A stretch of 55,093 nucleotides of DNA, taken from IMG/VR virus record IMGVR_UViG_3300015171_000006, positions 1 through 55,093 of that record; one strand, 5' to 3'. The notes beneath the pieces were generated by a model that worked only from the letters and a program-made list of their open reading frames with translations, had not been told where the DNA came from and ran no database searches. Below, piece by piece: positions 8,591-17,932 of this stretch. The position numbers were made by a program, and so were the translations under genes. The DNA comes from an uncultured virus (IMG/VR IMGVR_UViG_3300015171_000006) (Duplodnaviria > Heunggongvirae > Uroviricota > Caudoviricetes). Each line of letters starts with the position of its first letter. Position 1 is the stretch's first letter.

Positions 8591-8683
8591 ATGCAAGACA
8601 AAGAAACAGTAACAACAGAAACTACTACCACGGAAAAGCCTGCAACGGAAACAACTACCGTTACCGAGAAACCTGTAGGGTAG
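8591..8683 (+). CDS. 30-aa Thr-rich peptide (not in ORF track)
   Basis: MQDKETVTTETTTTEKPATETTTVTEKPVG*; AT-rich leader; internal repeat kept at protein level; terminator follows. Confidence 0.5.
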   Translation: MQDKETVTTETTTTEKPATETTTVTEKPVG

Positions 8684-8700
8684 AATTAAATTTTTTTGTG

Positions 8701-8738
8701 TAATACCCGCATCTGTAATGATTGCGGGTTTTTTATTA
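8701..8738. terminator. Bidirectional terminator-like hairpin between convergent genes
   Basis: ACCCGCA...TGCGGGT then TTTTT, flanked by TAATA/TATTA. Confidence 0.6.
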
Positions 8739-9542
8739 CTGTGGTAAAAATAATTGTGTACAGCGGCAATTTATAACCTCTTTTGCCGGCACTGGTAACT
8801 CACCTTTGCCGCCCCTATCTCCAGGATGCAAAGGTGAGTTACCAGGATCTATAAAAAAATCATTCATGCCAACAATTTGCCCCGATACATTTCTGTGGTC
8901 GTTTCTTACACGGCTATCACTGGCGGCAAGCCATTCTTTTTTAAGATCAAGACCTGTATCTTTAGCAACAAACAAGGCCCCGGCATTGGCAGCCGTTACC
9001 GTTTCTGTACGTGCAATCAACCTTGCTCTTATCCTACTGAGCTCAGTATTTTCAAGCTGCTTAATAATATCGTCTATGCCTTCACCCTTGGCATAAGCAT
9101 CCGTAAAAACCTGCATAATCAAATCTTTGGTTGTTTGGGTAATGCCTTCACTTGTAGTTAAAATATCATAGCTAAAATACTGCTCAATTTGCTGGCGCAT
9201 TGCTTCACTAAAACCCATGGCCAGTCGGTGCTTGGTTTCAATACCAACAACGTAACTTTTTACACTTCGCTTCATCTTTACAAGATCTGCTCTTACCTTG
9301 GCGCCATAAACTGTGCCTGCATCAATATAGAGAGGCTTAATTGCTGCTGATATTGTTGTGGCTGATATTCTGTTAATTGCTTCGTGCTCTGTTGAGCCTT
9401 TGTGCAAATACTGAAGCACAACATCGTACTGTGATCTTATTGCTTTGAAGATAGAAGGCGCAAAGTATTTCTCCCGGCTTTTTTGAAAACGGTGAAAGCG
9501 TTGTAAGTGGCTATGTTTTTCTTCCTGTTGCACGATATTCAT
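8736..9542 (-). CDS. Minor head protein (SPP1 gp7/Mu gpF family)
   Basis: RARLIARTET, KEWLAASDSRVR.DH, HPGD, EVINCRC. Confidence 0.92.
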   Translation of the reverse strand: MNIVQQEEKHSHLQRFHRFQKSREKYFAPSIFKAIRSQYDVVLQYLHKGSTEHEAINRISATTISAAIKPLYIDAGTVYGAKVRADLVKMKRSVKSYVVGIETKHRLAMGFSEAMRQQIEQYFSYDILTTSEGITQTTKDLIMQVFTDAYAKGEGIDDIIKQLENTELSRIRARLIARTETVTAANAGALFVAKDTGLDLKKEWLAASDSRVRNDHRNVSGQIVGMNDFFIDPGNSPLHPGDRGGKGELPVPAKEVINCRCTQLFLPQ

Positions 9543-9717
9543 TTATTAGTAATACATCCCCGGAATCTAAATCAGTTTCATGTATTTCTGCATAATCGTA
9601 AAGCTCATGCCAATTACTTCCTACTCTTGCCCTATCGGCTAAGTCTAATGATGAATAAACGCCTAAAAAATCAGAGGATTGGTAATCATGCCCGACTGAT
9701 AAAATATAAACTTTCAT
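9511..9717 (-). CDS. Hypothetical protein
   Basis: 68-aa ORF overlapping neighbours in the operon. Confidence 0.6.
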   Translation of the reverse strand: MKVYILSVGHDYQSSDFLGVYSSLDLADRARVGSNWHELYDYAEIHETDLDSGDVLLINEYRATGRKT

Positions 9718-9944
9718 GTTACTGATTTTGCGTTAAATTGATTTGATAATTGAGATTCCACATACTGATTAATCTTTCTTAGCAGCCATGCCCGCCTGGC
9801 AATATCGTTTGCCTTATCAGCTGCACATCCGGTTCTTAAAGGTATGGCCTGGTTAACGATCTTCACTAAATCCTCTTTCATAACAATCTTTACAAAATTT
9901 AAATTTAGTTTCAATTGGTTCATAACTGAACGGGCCGAATACAA
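9714..9944 (-). CDS. Hypothetical protein (start probably at MKEDLVK)
   Basis: Co-oriented; stop overlaps the next start. Confidence 0.5.
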   Translation of the reverse strand: MYSARSVMNQLKLNLNFVKIVMKEDLVKIVNQAIPLRTGCAADKANDIARRAWLLRKINQYVESQLSNQFNAKSVT

Positions 9945-10047
9945 ACATCTGAAACATCTTACTTGTTATTAATTCTTTGCACTCAAAACAAACACTGCCA
10001 TCCGGAGGCATCTCTGCAAAGCCTTCACTGTTTATCTCTGCTTCCAT
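9853..10047 (-). CDS. Small Zn-finger-like protein
   Basis: CFEC...CKDC pairs; directly after portal. Confidence 0.6.
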   Translation of the reverse strand: MEAEINSEGFAEMPPDGSVCFECKELITSKMFQMFVFGPFSYEPIETKFKFCKDCYERGFSEDR

Positions 10048-10061
10048 AGCAAAGCAAGATA

Positions 10062-11546
10062 CTAATTACCATTCGGAGTTGCAACAGGCAAGGGCGGCAT
10101 ATTTTCAAAATCATCCAATGGCGTATATCCTGTAGGTATCCATGGCAAATCAAATTTAGGATCATCATATCGCTCCCAATCCATCATCTCACGTTTTTCA
10201 TTTGGCGTTAAATGCCACATTATAGCCAGCGATGCAGCCTTCCTTTCCAAATCCTGATGCAGCTCCGATATACCGCTTATATCAGCATCTATGTATCTTG
10301 ATTTTCCGTCTCCCTTCACTCTTACCGGCTCACCGTCTTGCCCTGTAATTAAAACGCCATCTTTAAAGTCAGGCAATAAATGTTTAACCAATGCATCTCT
10401 TACCCTGAAAATATTCGGCAAAATAGTATTGGTATAAAGCCGTTTGGTATGTGTAAGCACGTTACTTTCCGTGCTTGCGCTGTCGCTGTTAAATAAAATA
10501 TCACTTACGCCCCACACATTGCACAGCTTTTTAAAATCCACATTGCCAAGCTCCAGCACTCCCAAATCTTTAAGGTGGCTACCAAGCTGTATAGCACCCA
10601 TTTCACCATTTGCAAAAAAAGGAGCGCCGGCATTATCAGGGTTACTTATAAAGCGGTGAAAATTTTGTTTTCGCTTTCCAATTATATCAACTCTTTCTTC
10701 ATCTACACCCAGCCCTTTTTCGTAAACAATAGTTTCCACACCGCCGTTCTGCAATCTTGCCACAGAAGTATTCATATTACTATCCAGCCTGGTAAGCCTT
10801 TTTTGAAGAACTTTTAAAGGAGAAAGCCCGCGAAGCTCGCTGCCCATTATATTCATTTCCGGGTTAAAATATTTAATATGAATAACATCTTCAGCAGGTA
10901 TATTTTCCATAATTATCTTGCCTTCATATCTATAATCATAGGCAACAATGGTTCTGGGTAAATCATTGCTTATTTTTAAAATAACACCTTGCGGATATAG
11001 TAAATGCAACTGTATAGGCAAGCCAATGTTTACGCCATCTTCCGGCCTTTCTTTTAAAATAAAAGCTTCGCCATGCAAAAAAAGATTTGAATAAACACCT
11101 TCAAAAAATTCATACTTACTCATATCCTGGTGCGGATTTTCTATAAGAGCAGCCACCGGATCATCTTCCGGCAAATCTGTTAATGCTTTTGTTTGAAGTG
11201 ATTTGTATTTTATAACATTGTTATAACCCTTAACCTCTTTTTTCAGGTTCGTAAAAGCTTTTTTATCTGGAGTAGATAGATAACCGTAAAGAGGAACCAG
11301 CGCCGCAGTAGTTGCCAGCAGGCGAATGATGGAATAAATATCATCTGTGTTTAAATACCTGTCATTGGCTGTTTTAATACTCCATGCGGGGTAAATAGCT
11401 ATGTTACTATTTAAATTGGCGGCAATGTTAGCCATTGCAATATTTTCAAACCCGGTAGTGGCTGCAGCAAATCTTTTTAATTCCGTTACTTCCTGCGATA
11501 GCTGCTTAATAGCCTTATCCTTTTTGCCAAAATCAAATAAACCCAT
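10062..11546 (-). CDS. Portal protein, HK97 family
   Basis: LIENPHQDMSKYEF, LHGEAFI, VIHIKYFNP, GLSPL, LTPNEKRE. Confidence 0.93.
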   Translation of the reverse strand: MGLFDFGKKDKAIKQLSQEVTELKRFAAATTGFENIAMANIAANLNSNIAIYPAWSIKTANDRYLNTDDIYSIIRLLATTAALVPLYGYLSTPDKKAFTNLKKEVKGYNNVIKYKSLQTKALTDLPEDDPVAALIENPHQDMSKYEFFEGVYSNLFLHGEAFILKERPEDGVNIGLPIQLHLLYPQGVILKISNDLPRTIVAYDYRYEGKIIMENIPAEDVIHIKYFNPEMNIMGSELRGLSPLKVLQKRLTRLDSNMNTSVARLQNGGVETIVYEKGLGVDEERVDIIGKRKQNFHRFISNPDNAGAPFFANGEMGAIQLGSHLKDLGVLELGNVDFKKLCNVWGVSDILFNSDSASTESNVLTHTKRLYTNTILPNIFRVRDALVKHLLPDFKDGVLITGQDGEPVRVKGDGKSRYIDADISGISELHQDLERKAASLAIMWHLTPNEKREMMDWERYDDPKFDLPWIPTGYTPLDDFENMPPLPVATPNGN

Positions 11547-11560
11547 TTCAAGATTTTAGC

Positions 11561-11608
11561 TAAAGATAAATTTAAGCAAATAGCTGTATTACAGCATTAG
11601 TATAAAGT
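11561..11608 (-). promoter_or_regulatory. Putative late promoter motif upstream of portal
   Basis: Minus strand ACTTTATAC-N23-CTTAAATTTATCTTTA; same motif and spacing at 47289-47336 and 51224-51271. Confidence 0.7.
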
Positions 11609-11641
11609 TTAATCAACAATTCTTACATTTGTGATGCAGGC

Positions 11642-11935
11642 TGATTTTTTAAGTAGTTCCATCTGCCTTTATAATTATTTGCTACTTAAAAAATCATAAC
11701 AGCGAACGTTCTTTATTTATCAGAGTATGAGAGCCTTGATTATAAGATAATATTATGTTACTCAGGTTAGCCGTTTAGCCGCAATTCAATTTTATATTTT
11801 TGCGTAAGCTTTTAAAATTGAGATTGCACGCTGGCTGCTGTAGCGTTGAAGGCTGGCTTAAAAAGTAAAATAAAAAATGTCTTTGAGAGCGAAGCAAGAT
11901 TGCTGGTTTTTGAGCAATCTTTCAATATCATACGT
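11642..11935 (-). repeat. Inverted partial copy of the module-end/spacer element
   Basis: 11642-11773 and 11851-11935 are reverse-complement matches to about 52260-52391 and 52095-52179; the middle differs. Confidence 0.92.
11735..11763 (+). other. dif-like XerC/XerD site 3
   Basis: CTTGATTATAA-GATAATA-TTATGTTACTC. Confidence 0.72.
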
Positions 11936-12038
11936 GGGTAAAAAACCCTTACCTTTATAAAAATAAAAAACCCATTACGCCAATAATGGGGGATTGCACA
12001 TACTATCAATATGAACATATCAAAGTTAATACTTTTTT

Positions 12039-12254
12039 ATGTTCAAATATTTTATTGTATTTACTTCTCTTATGTTTATTTTATATTCTTGCGAACACAA
12101 GAAAATACATCATCAGTCCATTTTAAAGCCTGACCCCTATATTACCAAGATGTACTTTCAGATGGATAGTTTAATAAAATCTGATGCAAAAAGCGGCACG
12201 TATGTAATAGAAGGAGACACTATTACTTTTTTAAAGTATCAATTGGGTGACTAA
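12039..12254 (+). CDS. Small putative lipoprotein (module C cargo)
   Basis: Signal peptide with lipobox-like LYS-C. Confidence 0.65.
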   Translation: MFKYFIVFTSLMFILYSCEHKKIHHQSILKPDPYITKMYFQMDSLIKSDAKSGTYVIEGDTITFLKYQLGD

Positions 12255-12972
12255 GCGGCAAAAGACTTATCCCTAATTCTGGCAACTCCGTTCCACTTAC
12301 GACTAAGTTCATACTAAAGTGAAATGTGTCTTTGTATTCTTTACCGTTTAAATCAAGACAATTTATTGTAAAAAGAGTTTTATTTGTAATTAAATCCGGT
12401 ACTACATAATAAGGGAAACTAAAACTTGCTGTACAAGCAATTGGTTCTAATGGATTCAATCTATATATTTTCTCCATATCAATAAGATTTGAATAACTGG
12501 CTTTAACGTTTATTGCTGTTGTATCCATATTCGGGGGAAGCAAAGAGGCTTTGCCACTCACTATTCCATATTTGGGCGTTTCTACAGTTAAGCCGTATGG
12601 GCCATTAATAAATAATGGCTTCTCTCCATTATTTTCTAAGATTCCTGAAATGATTACAACTTGGCCACTTTGCTTTTTTATTGGGTCTCTATATTGCCCT
12701 ACATACATTGCTCTTGGATGGTATTTAAAAGAAGGTCTGTCTGTAAAATATGACACGACTTTGAATATTCCTGGAATACCACCTATAGCGCCGATTAATA
12801 AGATTATGAGTGAAGAATAAATATATGAAGGCTTTTGGGAAATTTCCTTAATAGATAACTTTCTATCCCTTATGTTTTTAGGTTTTACAACATTTTTTTC
12901 ACTTATAGGAAGCTTTGGTTGCGGGAGAGGAAATTTTGGCTTTTGCTTTTTTGTAAATTTTGGCTTGCCCAT
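12223..12972 (-). CDS. Membrane-anchored hypothetical protein (module C cargo)
   Basis: Basic N-terminus, one TM segment, beta-rich remainder. Confidence 0.75.
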   Translation of the reverse strand: MGKPKFTKKQKPKFPLPQPKLPISEKNVVKPKNIRDRKLSIKEISQKPSYIYSSLIILLIGAIGGIPGIFKVVSYFTDRPSFKYHPRAMYVGQYRDPIKKQSGQVVIISGILENNGEKPLFINGPYGLTVETPKYGIVSGKASLLPPNMDTTAINVKASYSNLIDMEKIYRLNPLEPIACTASFSFPYYVVPDLITNKTLFTINCLDLNGKEYKDTFHFSMNLVVSGTELPELGISLLPLSHPIDTLKK

Positions 12973-13009
12973 TCGCTAAAATAAACATTCTTCGAAACAA
13001 ACCTCAATC

Positions 13010-13117
13010 AAAAACCAGTGGCGCTGGCTTTTTTATTTTACTTTTTCAGAGGCTGTGCAGTGCCTGTTTAACATAATGGTTTCTTATAAGTGAGGCTTGA
13101 ATTTCCGCTTCGCTGTT
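13010..13117 (-). repeat. Inverted copy of the module-start element
   Basis: Reverse complement matches about 52393-52500 with few substitutions. Confidence 0.92.
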
Positions 13118-13330
13118 GGGCATTTGTGCGTCGGCTGAATTAAGTGAGGGGCGGTCCAACGTGAGGAATGGCTCGCCGTACAAATTAAACCCAAGATCAC
13201 ACAGTTTATTTAAGTGGAGGTAATACCATTTACCACTTCCATATAATTTGTACGAAAGCTCACACATTATCTTATGAAACCACCATTTTACTGGCTTTTT
13301 AAACTGCTTATTAACCTTGCTACAAGCCAT
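13046..13330 (-). CDS. Hypothetical protein; C-terminus reads through the dif-like element
   Basis: Starts just after the terL stop; the last ~24 codons are repeat sequence, so the gene is possibly truncated. Confidence 0.45.
   Translation of the reverse strand: MACSKVNKQFKKPVKWWFHKIMCELSYKLYGSGKWYYLHLNKLCDLGFNLYGEPFLTLDRPSLNSADAQMPNSEAEIQASLIRNHYVKQALHSL
13066..13094 (-). other. dif-like XerC/XerD site 4
   Basis: Minus strand CTCACTTATAA-GAAACCA-TTATGTTAAAC. Confidence 0.8.
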
Positions 13331-13345
13331 ATATATATATTGGGT

Positions 13346-14884
13346 TTAATATTCTGCATCAGCATAAACTTTTTTAGGCACCAGCGTAAATATTTCACGC
13401 ATCATAAACATATCCATTAAATCAGGACTGTCACCATTTAACTTGGTTTTCATTTCATCTTTCTTTATAACCCGCAGCTTACCGTCACTATCAGGCTTTG
13501 CCCGCTTTATGGCTTTGCGCTCATATAAAAATCGTTGCCTCACAGTCATTTTAGTATCATACATCATATTTGCCACACGCTCATTAATTTTCATTTCACC
13601 ACGGTTAACTCTGTTACCGCTCCTGTAATAACATTGAGCCTTAAGGTGCTCATAATTTTCTGGCAATAACTTTCGTGTCTTGGGATCATATTTTGGGTTA
13701 GAATAATCTGGCAAAGCCGGGCTTCCATTATTAAACTCTTTGGCGCCAACAATATACCCGTCAATAAACTGGCCCACACCATCATTATCAAAAGCAATAT
13801 TGCTGTTTTGTGTTTTATGCTTTTTTGCCATATTCTCAATGCCGGCAATCACTTCATTACCCTTGCTCTTATCCATAATCAGCATATCATCCAGTTCAAA
13901 GCCGCTCCAATGCCCAACTATAAATTTATTACTTCCTTTCATAGCAATATCAGCCGTAATATAATTGCCATCATTTTTTACATCATACTTATTTTCAAAC
14001 ATGCCTATAAATTTATAATAATCATAAATATCAATGTCAGATAATATTACCTTCCAATTTCCTTCAAATAACTGAGCCTTGGTTTCTGCATCCTGCGCCA
14101 TCAGGTTTCCCAGGTACGAAGGGTTTACTTTTAAAAGCTCTTTATTATCATAAATACTACCTGATATAAAGGTTATAGACTTTACAAATTCCCTTGCATC
14201 TATGCCAGATTTTTGTACGGCATCTTCAATTAAATACCATCCTTTTTCAATCACCTCCTCATAACTATCCCCCCAAATATAATTCTCGCCATCTACAAGC
14301 ATATATCTTATCACGCCATCCCTTTCCGGTATAGGGAAGCCGGTATCTGCATCAATCCACCAATTAATTAAATCATAAACCCAGCTTTCAGGGTCAGGGT
14401 TGCATGTTGCCCTGCAGTAAGGCCGAACGCCTGATACGGATCTGTTCCTGGTAAGCAGGTAAAAAAACATTTTTTTTGAAAAATGGGTCAGCTCATCAAA
14501 ACCTATAAATGGTATCTGAGCTCCCTGCCAGTCAAATATATTTTTCTCATACTCTAAGTGGGAAAATTTAAGCTTGCATCCCGATTTAAAATACCATTCT
14601 AAGGAGCTTTCCTTAGGAACGGCGCCAATGCCAGGGTAAATCGTCATGGAAGTATCCCACAATCCACCCTCATTTCTTATCTGTGGAGATGTACGCCTGA
14701 ATATAACACCGCCAAAAGCAGGGTTATGAACGTCACGCAGCGGATCAAGTAAAAGAGTGAATGTTTTACCTACGCCTGCAGCAGCGCCGCCAATTATTAT
14801 ATCAGCAGCATTACTAAGCGCCTTGGTTTGATAACCCGGCTGCGGCTGTATCGTTAGCGTAGGTTTCTTTATTAGCTCTGCCAT
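13346..14884 (-). CDS. terL: Terminase large subunit
   Basis: Q motif PQPGYQ, Walker A GAAAGVGKT, Walker B FIGFDE, ATCNP, nuclease ITADIA and SPDLMD. Confidence 0.95.
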   Translation of the reverse strand: MAELIKKPTLTIQPQPGYQTKALSNAADIIIGGAAAGVGKTFTLLLDPLRDVHNPAFGGVIFRRTSPQIRNEGGLWDTSMTIYPGIGAVPKESSLEWYFKSGCKLKFSHLEYEKNIFDWQGAQIPFIGFDELTHFSKKMFFYLLTRNRSVSGVRPYCRATCNPDPESWVYDLINWWIDADTGFPIPERDGVIRYMLVDGENYIWGDSYEEVIEKGWYLIEDAVQKSGIDAREFVKSITFISGSIYDNKELLKVNPSYLGNLMAQDAETKAQLFEGNWKVILSDIDIYDYYKFIGMFENKYDVKNDGNYITADIAMKGSNKFIVGHWSGFELDDMLIMDKSKGNEVIAGIENMAKKHKTQNSNIAFDNDGVGQFIDGYIVGAKEFNNGSPALPDYSNPKYDPKTRKLLPENYEHLKAQCYYRSGNRVNRGEMKINERVANMMYDTKMTVRQRFLYERKAIKRAKPDSDGKLRVIKKDEMKTKLNGDSPDLMDMFMMREIFTLVPKKVYADAEY

Positions 14885-15371
14885 TATCAGGTAACTGAAT
14901 TATTTGAACAAACCCGCCTGTTATATCAGCATTAATTTTTTGAGGAGCATAATCGCCTTCCATTTTATTAAGCTCTGCAATAGCAGATATGCGGGAAGAA
15001 TGCGTAGCCAGCTCTACAAACTTAATAGTAACAAATTTCTTTTGTACAGCGTCCCACTTCACCTCTGTGTACGGAACTTTAATTTTACCATTTATTAATT
15101 TGGTTAAATATTCCTTCCTTTCCTCTGCGCTCATTATAGCCCTTTTTCGGGCTTCTATGGCTGCCTGCTTATCAACCTCTGCAAGTTCCTTCTTTAGTGC
15201 CTCCTGCCTTATTACGTGCTGTGCATTGGCTATTTTCCAGTGCCTGTCAAATGTCCTGTCACTCATTTGCCATTTTTTGACAGTTGTTGACAAAAGTGTG
15301 CCACGCGGCTTTCCTTCCTCAATTCCTTTAATTATAAAATCAATTATTATCTGCTTATCAGCTTTTGGCAT
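14814..15371 (-). CDS. Terminase small subunit (putative)
   Basis: Immediately upstream of terL; N-terminal HTH-like region; RISAIAELNKMEGDY. Confidence 0.75.
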   Translation of the reverse strand: MPKADKQIIIDFIIKGIEEGKPRGTLLSTTVKKWQMSDRTFDRHWKIANAQHVIRQEALKKELAEVDKQAAIEARKRAIMSAEERKEYLTKLINGKIKVPYTEVKWDAVQKKFVTIKFVELATHSSRISAIAELNKMEGDYAPQKINADITGGFVQIIQLPDNGRANKETYANDTAAAGLSNQGA

Positions 15372-15425
15372 ATAGCTTTATTACATTATGCAATTTAGTC
15401 CTATCATTATTATTTGACTTAATCT

Positions 15426-15620
15426 TTATACTTGCAAGATCACCTTCCTAAGCAGCCTTCCAATAACAACAACATTTTCACCTGCAAACTTTACCAGCAT
15501 ATTGCCATTTTTACCACGGATGCATTTGCCGTTCTTACGTTTAACGGCCACACAAATTCTGCCTTTATATTCCGAAGAAGTCAGCCGGTCTCCAAGGTAT
15601 TTATATTGCTGCTCAAGCAT
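15426..15620 (-). CDS. Small hypothetical protein
   Basis: 64-aa basic ORF, co-oriented. Confidence 0.55.
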   Translation of the reverse strand: MLEQQYKYLGDRLTSSEYKGRICVAVKRKNGKCIRGKNGNMLVKFAGENVVVIGRLLRKVILQV

Positions 15621-15780
15621 TTTATGCAGTTTCTAAAAAGGCCGTGTAATGTTACATTTTTTATTGGTATTTCTACAAAAACGTAGCATAAGTGCCTGAT
15701 TATTATAGCGTAAAAAAAAGGTAGTTTTACCTGTAATCTTACAATTATCTATTAATCCATATAACCAATGAGTTTACGTT

Positions 15781-16194
15781 TTACTTTTTCCTTCCTACTA
15801 CAAATCCGTTTTTTTTCAACTCCAATAAATATTTTTTCCACGCCTTATTATTTTCTTTTCTTTTAAAGTAGTCAGGTACATTGTTGGTAAAATCTACGGC
15901 AGCACTTACGAATTTATAATGTGATAATTCTATAGAATCACCTCTTTGCATTTGCTTTAAAAGCAAGCGTATTACTTTGATAGTATCGCCTTCAATGGTA
16001 ATAGTAGAATCCGGTATTGAAATATAAATTGCGTTTCTTTTATTTAAACTATCTGCATATACTATGCTGATAAACCCCACGTGCATACTGATATACGATG
16101 CGGAATCAAACCCATATTTGTTGTGTGCTGTATCATTTTGAGAATACACAATTGTTGATATTCCCATAAGTAATATTGATAATAATTTTTTCAT
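15781..16194 (-). CDS. Secreted hypothetical protein
   Basis: Signal peptide MKKLLSILLMGISTIVYS followed by Q. Confidence 0.7.
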   Translation of the reverse strand: MKKLLSILLMGISTIVYSQNDTAHNKYGFDSASYISMHVGFISIVYADSLNKRNAIYISIPDSTITIEGDTIKVIRLLLKQMQRGDSIELSHYKFVSAAVDFTNNVPDYFKRKENNKAWKKYLLELKKNGFVVGRKK

Positions 16195-16223
16195 TTTTTA
16201 CTGATTATACGTTAATAAATTAT

Positions 16224-17924
16224 TCATCTTCCCGGAAGTTCAAGCAACTCCGGGTTAAGCCTTATACGGCCTCCTTCTCTTTTTATAAGTTCCAATGTAT
16301 TTAATGCACTTAGCGCATTATTAAAACCGCCGGAGTTAAAAGAATATTTACTTTCCGTTTTATAGGCAAGCTCTTCTTTTGAAAAATCTTTATGAGTGTT
16401 TGCCAGCAACACATCATAAATTTCTCTTTCGCACTTACTTAGCTTATTGCGATATGTTTCAATTGAATATTCCTGGGGAGTAAAATTGAACTCAGATAGG
16501 TTTCCTGATGCCTGTAATTTACCGTTCTCTCTTTTTATCAATCCTTTTGTAAAAAGTTCACTAACTGCATTATTAAATCCGCCTGAATTTGGAGAGTAAC
16601 CCGCCGCTATCCCTACCTGGGCCTTAGAAAAAAACCGATCCTGGAAAGATGCTAAAAATTGAAGTACAGCATAAGAACATTTACCTAACTGTCCACTGCT
16701 GTTATTATTTTCAATTTTATTAATATTACCAGCAAATTTTTGATTGTGATTTACAAAATTTTTAGATGGATTTTCTACAACTTTACTGGCGATATTATTT
16801 ACAACTTCTGATTTAAAGTAAGCCATGGGTTCTAAGTCAAACGCACTTCTAACTTTATTAATTTGCTTATATAATTTTTGCAAATAATCTTTTTGCTGAA
16901 TTATCAGTGTGTCCTTACTTTTTAGTTCCTGTTTCAACTTTACATTTTCATCTTTTAATCGTACGATCTCATTATCATTTGATACAGTTTGTACTGATTT
17001 TATTACGCTTTTTTCTTTTTTCTGCTCAACAGGCTTATCTAATAATTTATTTAGCTTCTCAACCCATACAGTAACATCAATTTTCTTTTTAGCAGAATCA
17101 ATAATCTCAGTTGATTTTTTGGGATCCGGATGGAATGTTTTGCGCTCCAAAACCTGAATTAGTTGCGGGTTCTCTGTTAATCCTATAGCCCAGCATTCAC
17201 CCTGTTTTAACCCCGGCAAAGACTTTATGATATCTTTTGTATTATCAACCTGCCTCAGCTCCAGCCATTGCTGAATTGATTTTAATGAATTCTTTCCTAC
17301 TTGTTTATGCAATAAGCTGAAGGCTGATATTTCCAGGATGGCTTTATTTACTTCTTCAGCCCTTTGGTTTATCAGTGTGTAACCAAGCCGGGCATTTCTT
17401 CCCATACGGGCAAGGCGCTCCAGTGAGGCATATACTTTTGAATGTTGTGGCTGCAATCTTTGCGGAATAAACTCTGCAGCTTCTTCAATAAAAATGTGCC
17501 TCATCCCATAGCTTTTATTTTCATACATAAGCAGATCTACAGTTTCCTGAACGATCCTTATCCATGAACTTTTATTGATAAGCTCAGGAGAATAAAGATC
17601 AATTACAAGGCTTACGTTTTCCTTCATAGCAGCTCTCACAATATCAACCGCATTATTTACTGTAAGCCGGATATCACTTCCCTCGCCGCCGGCAGTTACA
17701 ACAGGATAACCAATATGTTTATCAATACCGATCTTTAAATTCTTCCATACTCCCACCGGATCATATACAATTATCGGGATGTTATTATCAAGCAACTCCT
17801 CAGCTGCTTTCATTGCTGTATAAGTTTTGCCTGCATCACGTATACCGAGAATGGCATTACCCTGGCCGGCATAATCTATTGCAGGAATAGAGAAAGTGTT
17901 GCTTAATACTAATTGATTATTCAT
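16224..17924 (-). CDS. HerA/DUF87-like P-loop ATPase with coiled coil and two tandem winged-helix-like repeats
   Basis: Walker A GIRDAGKT, YDPVG, Walker B FIEEAAE, GRNARLGYTLINQR; duplicated YS.NSGGFNNA.S.L...LIKRE.G. Confidence 0.85.
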   Translation of the reverse strand: MNNQLVLSNTFSIPAIDYAGQGNAILGIRDAGKTYTAMKAAEELLDNNIPIIVYDPVGVWKNLKIGIDKHIGYPVVTAGGEGSDIRLTVNNAVDIVRAAMKENVSLVIDLYSPELINKSSWIRIVQETVDLLMYENKSYGMRHIFIEEAAEFIPQRLQPQHSKVYASLERLARMGRNARLGYTLINQRAEEVNKAILEISAFSLLHKQVGKNSLKSIQQWLELRQVDNTKDIIKSLPGLKQGECWAIGLTENPQLIQVLERKTFHPDPKKSTEIIDSAKKKIDVTVWVEKLNKLLDKPVEQKKEKSVIKSVQTVSNDNEIVRLKDENVKLKQELKSKDTLIIQQKDYLQKLYKQINKVRSAFDLEPMAYFKSEVVNNIASKVVENPSKNFVNHNQKFAGNINKIENNNSSGQLGKCSYAVLQFLASFQDRFFSKAQVGIAAGYSPNSGGFNNAVSELFTKGLIKRENGKLQASGNLSEFNFTPQEYSIETYRNKLSKCEREIYDVLLANTHKDFSKEELAYKTESKYSFNSGGFNNALSALNTLELIKREGGRIRLNPELLELPGR

Positions 17925-17932
17925 TGTAATGT

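Noticed and set aside
11812-12018. 68-aa ORF
   Set aside because: Mostly made of the non-coding repeat element.
11642-13117. IS or MITE insertion
   Set aside because: No transposase and no target-site duplication seen; boundaries track the dif-like sites instead.
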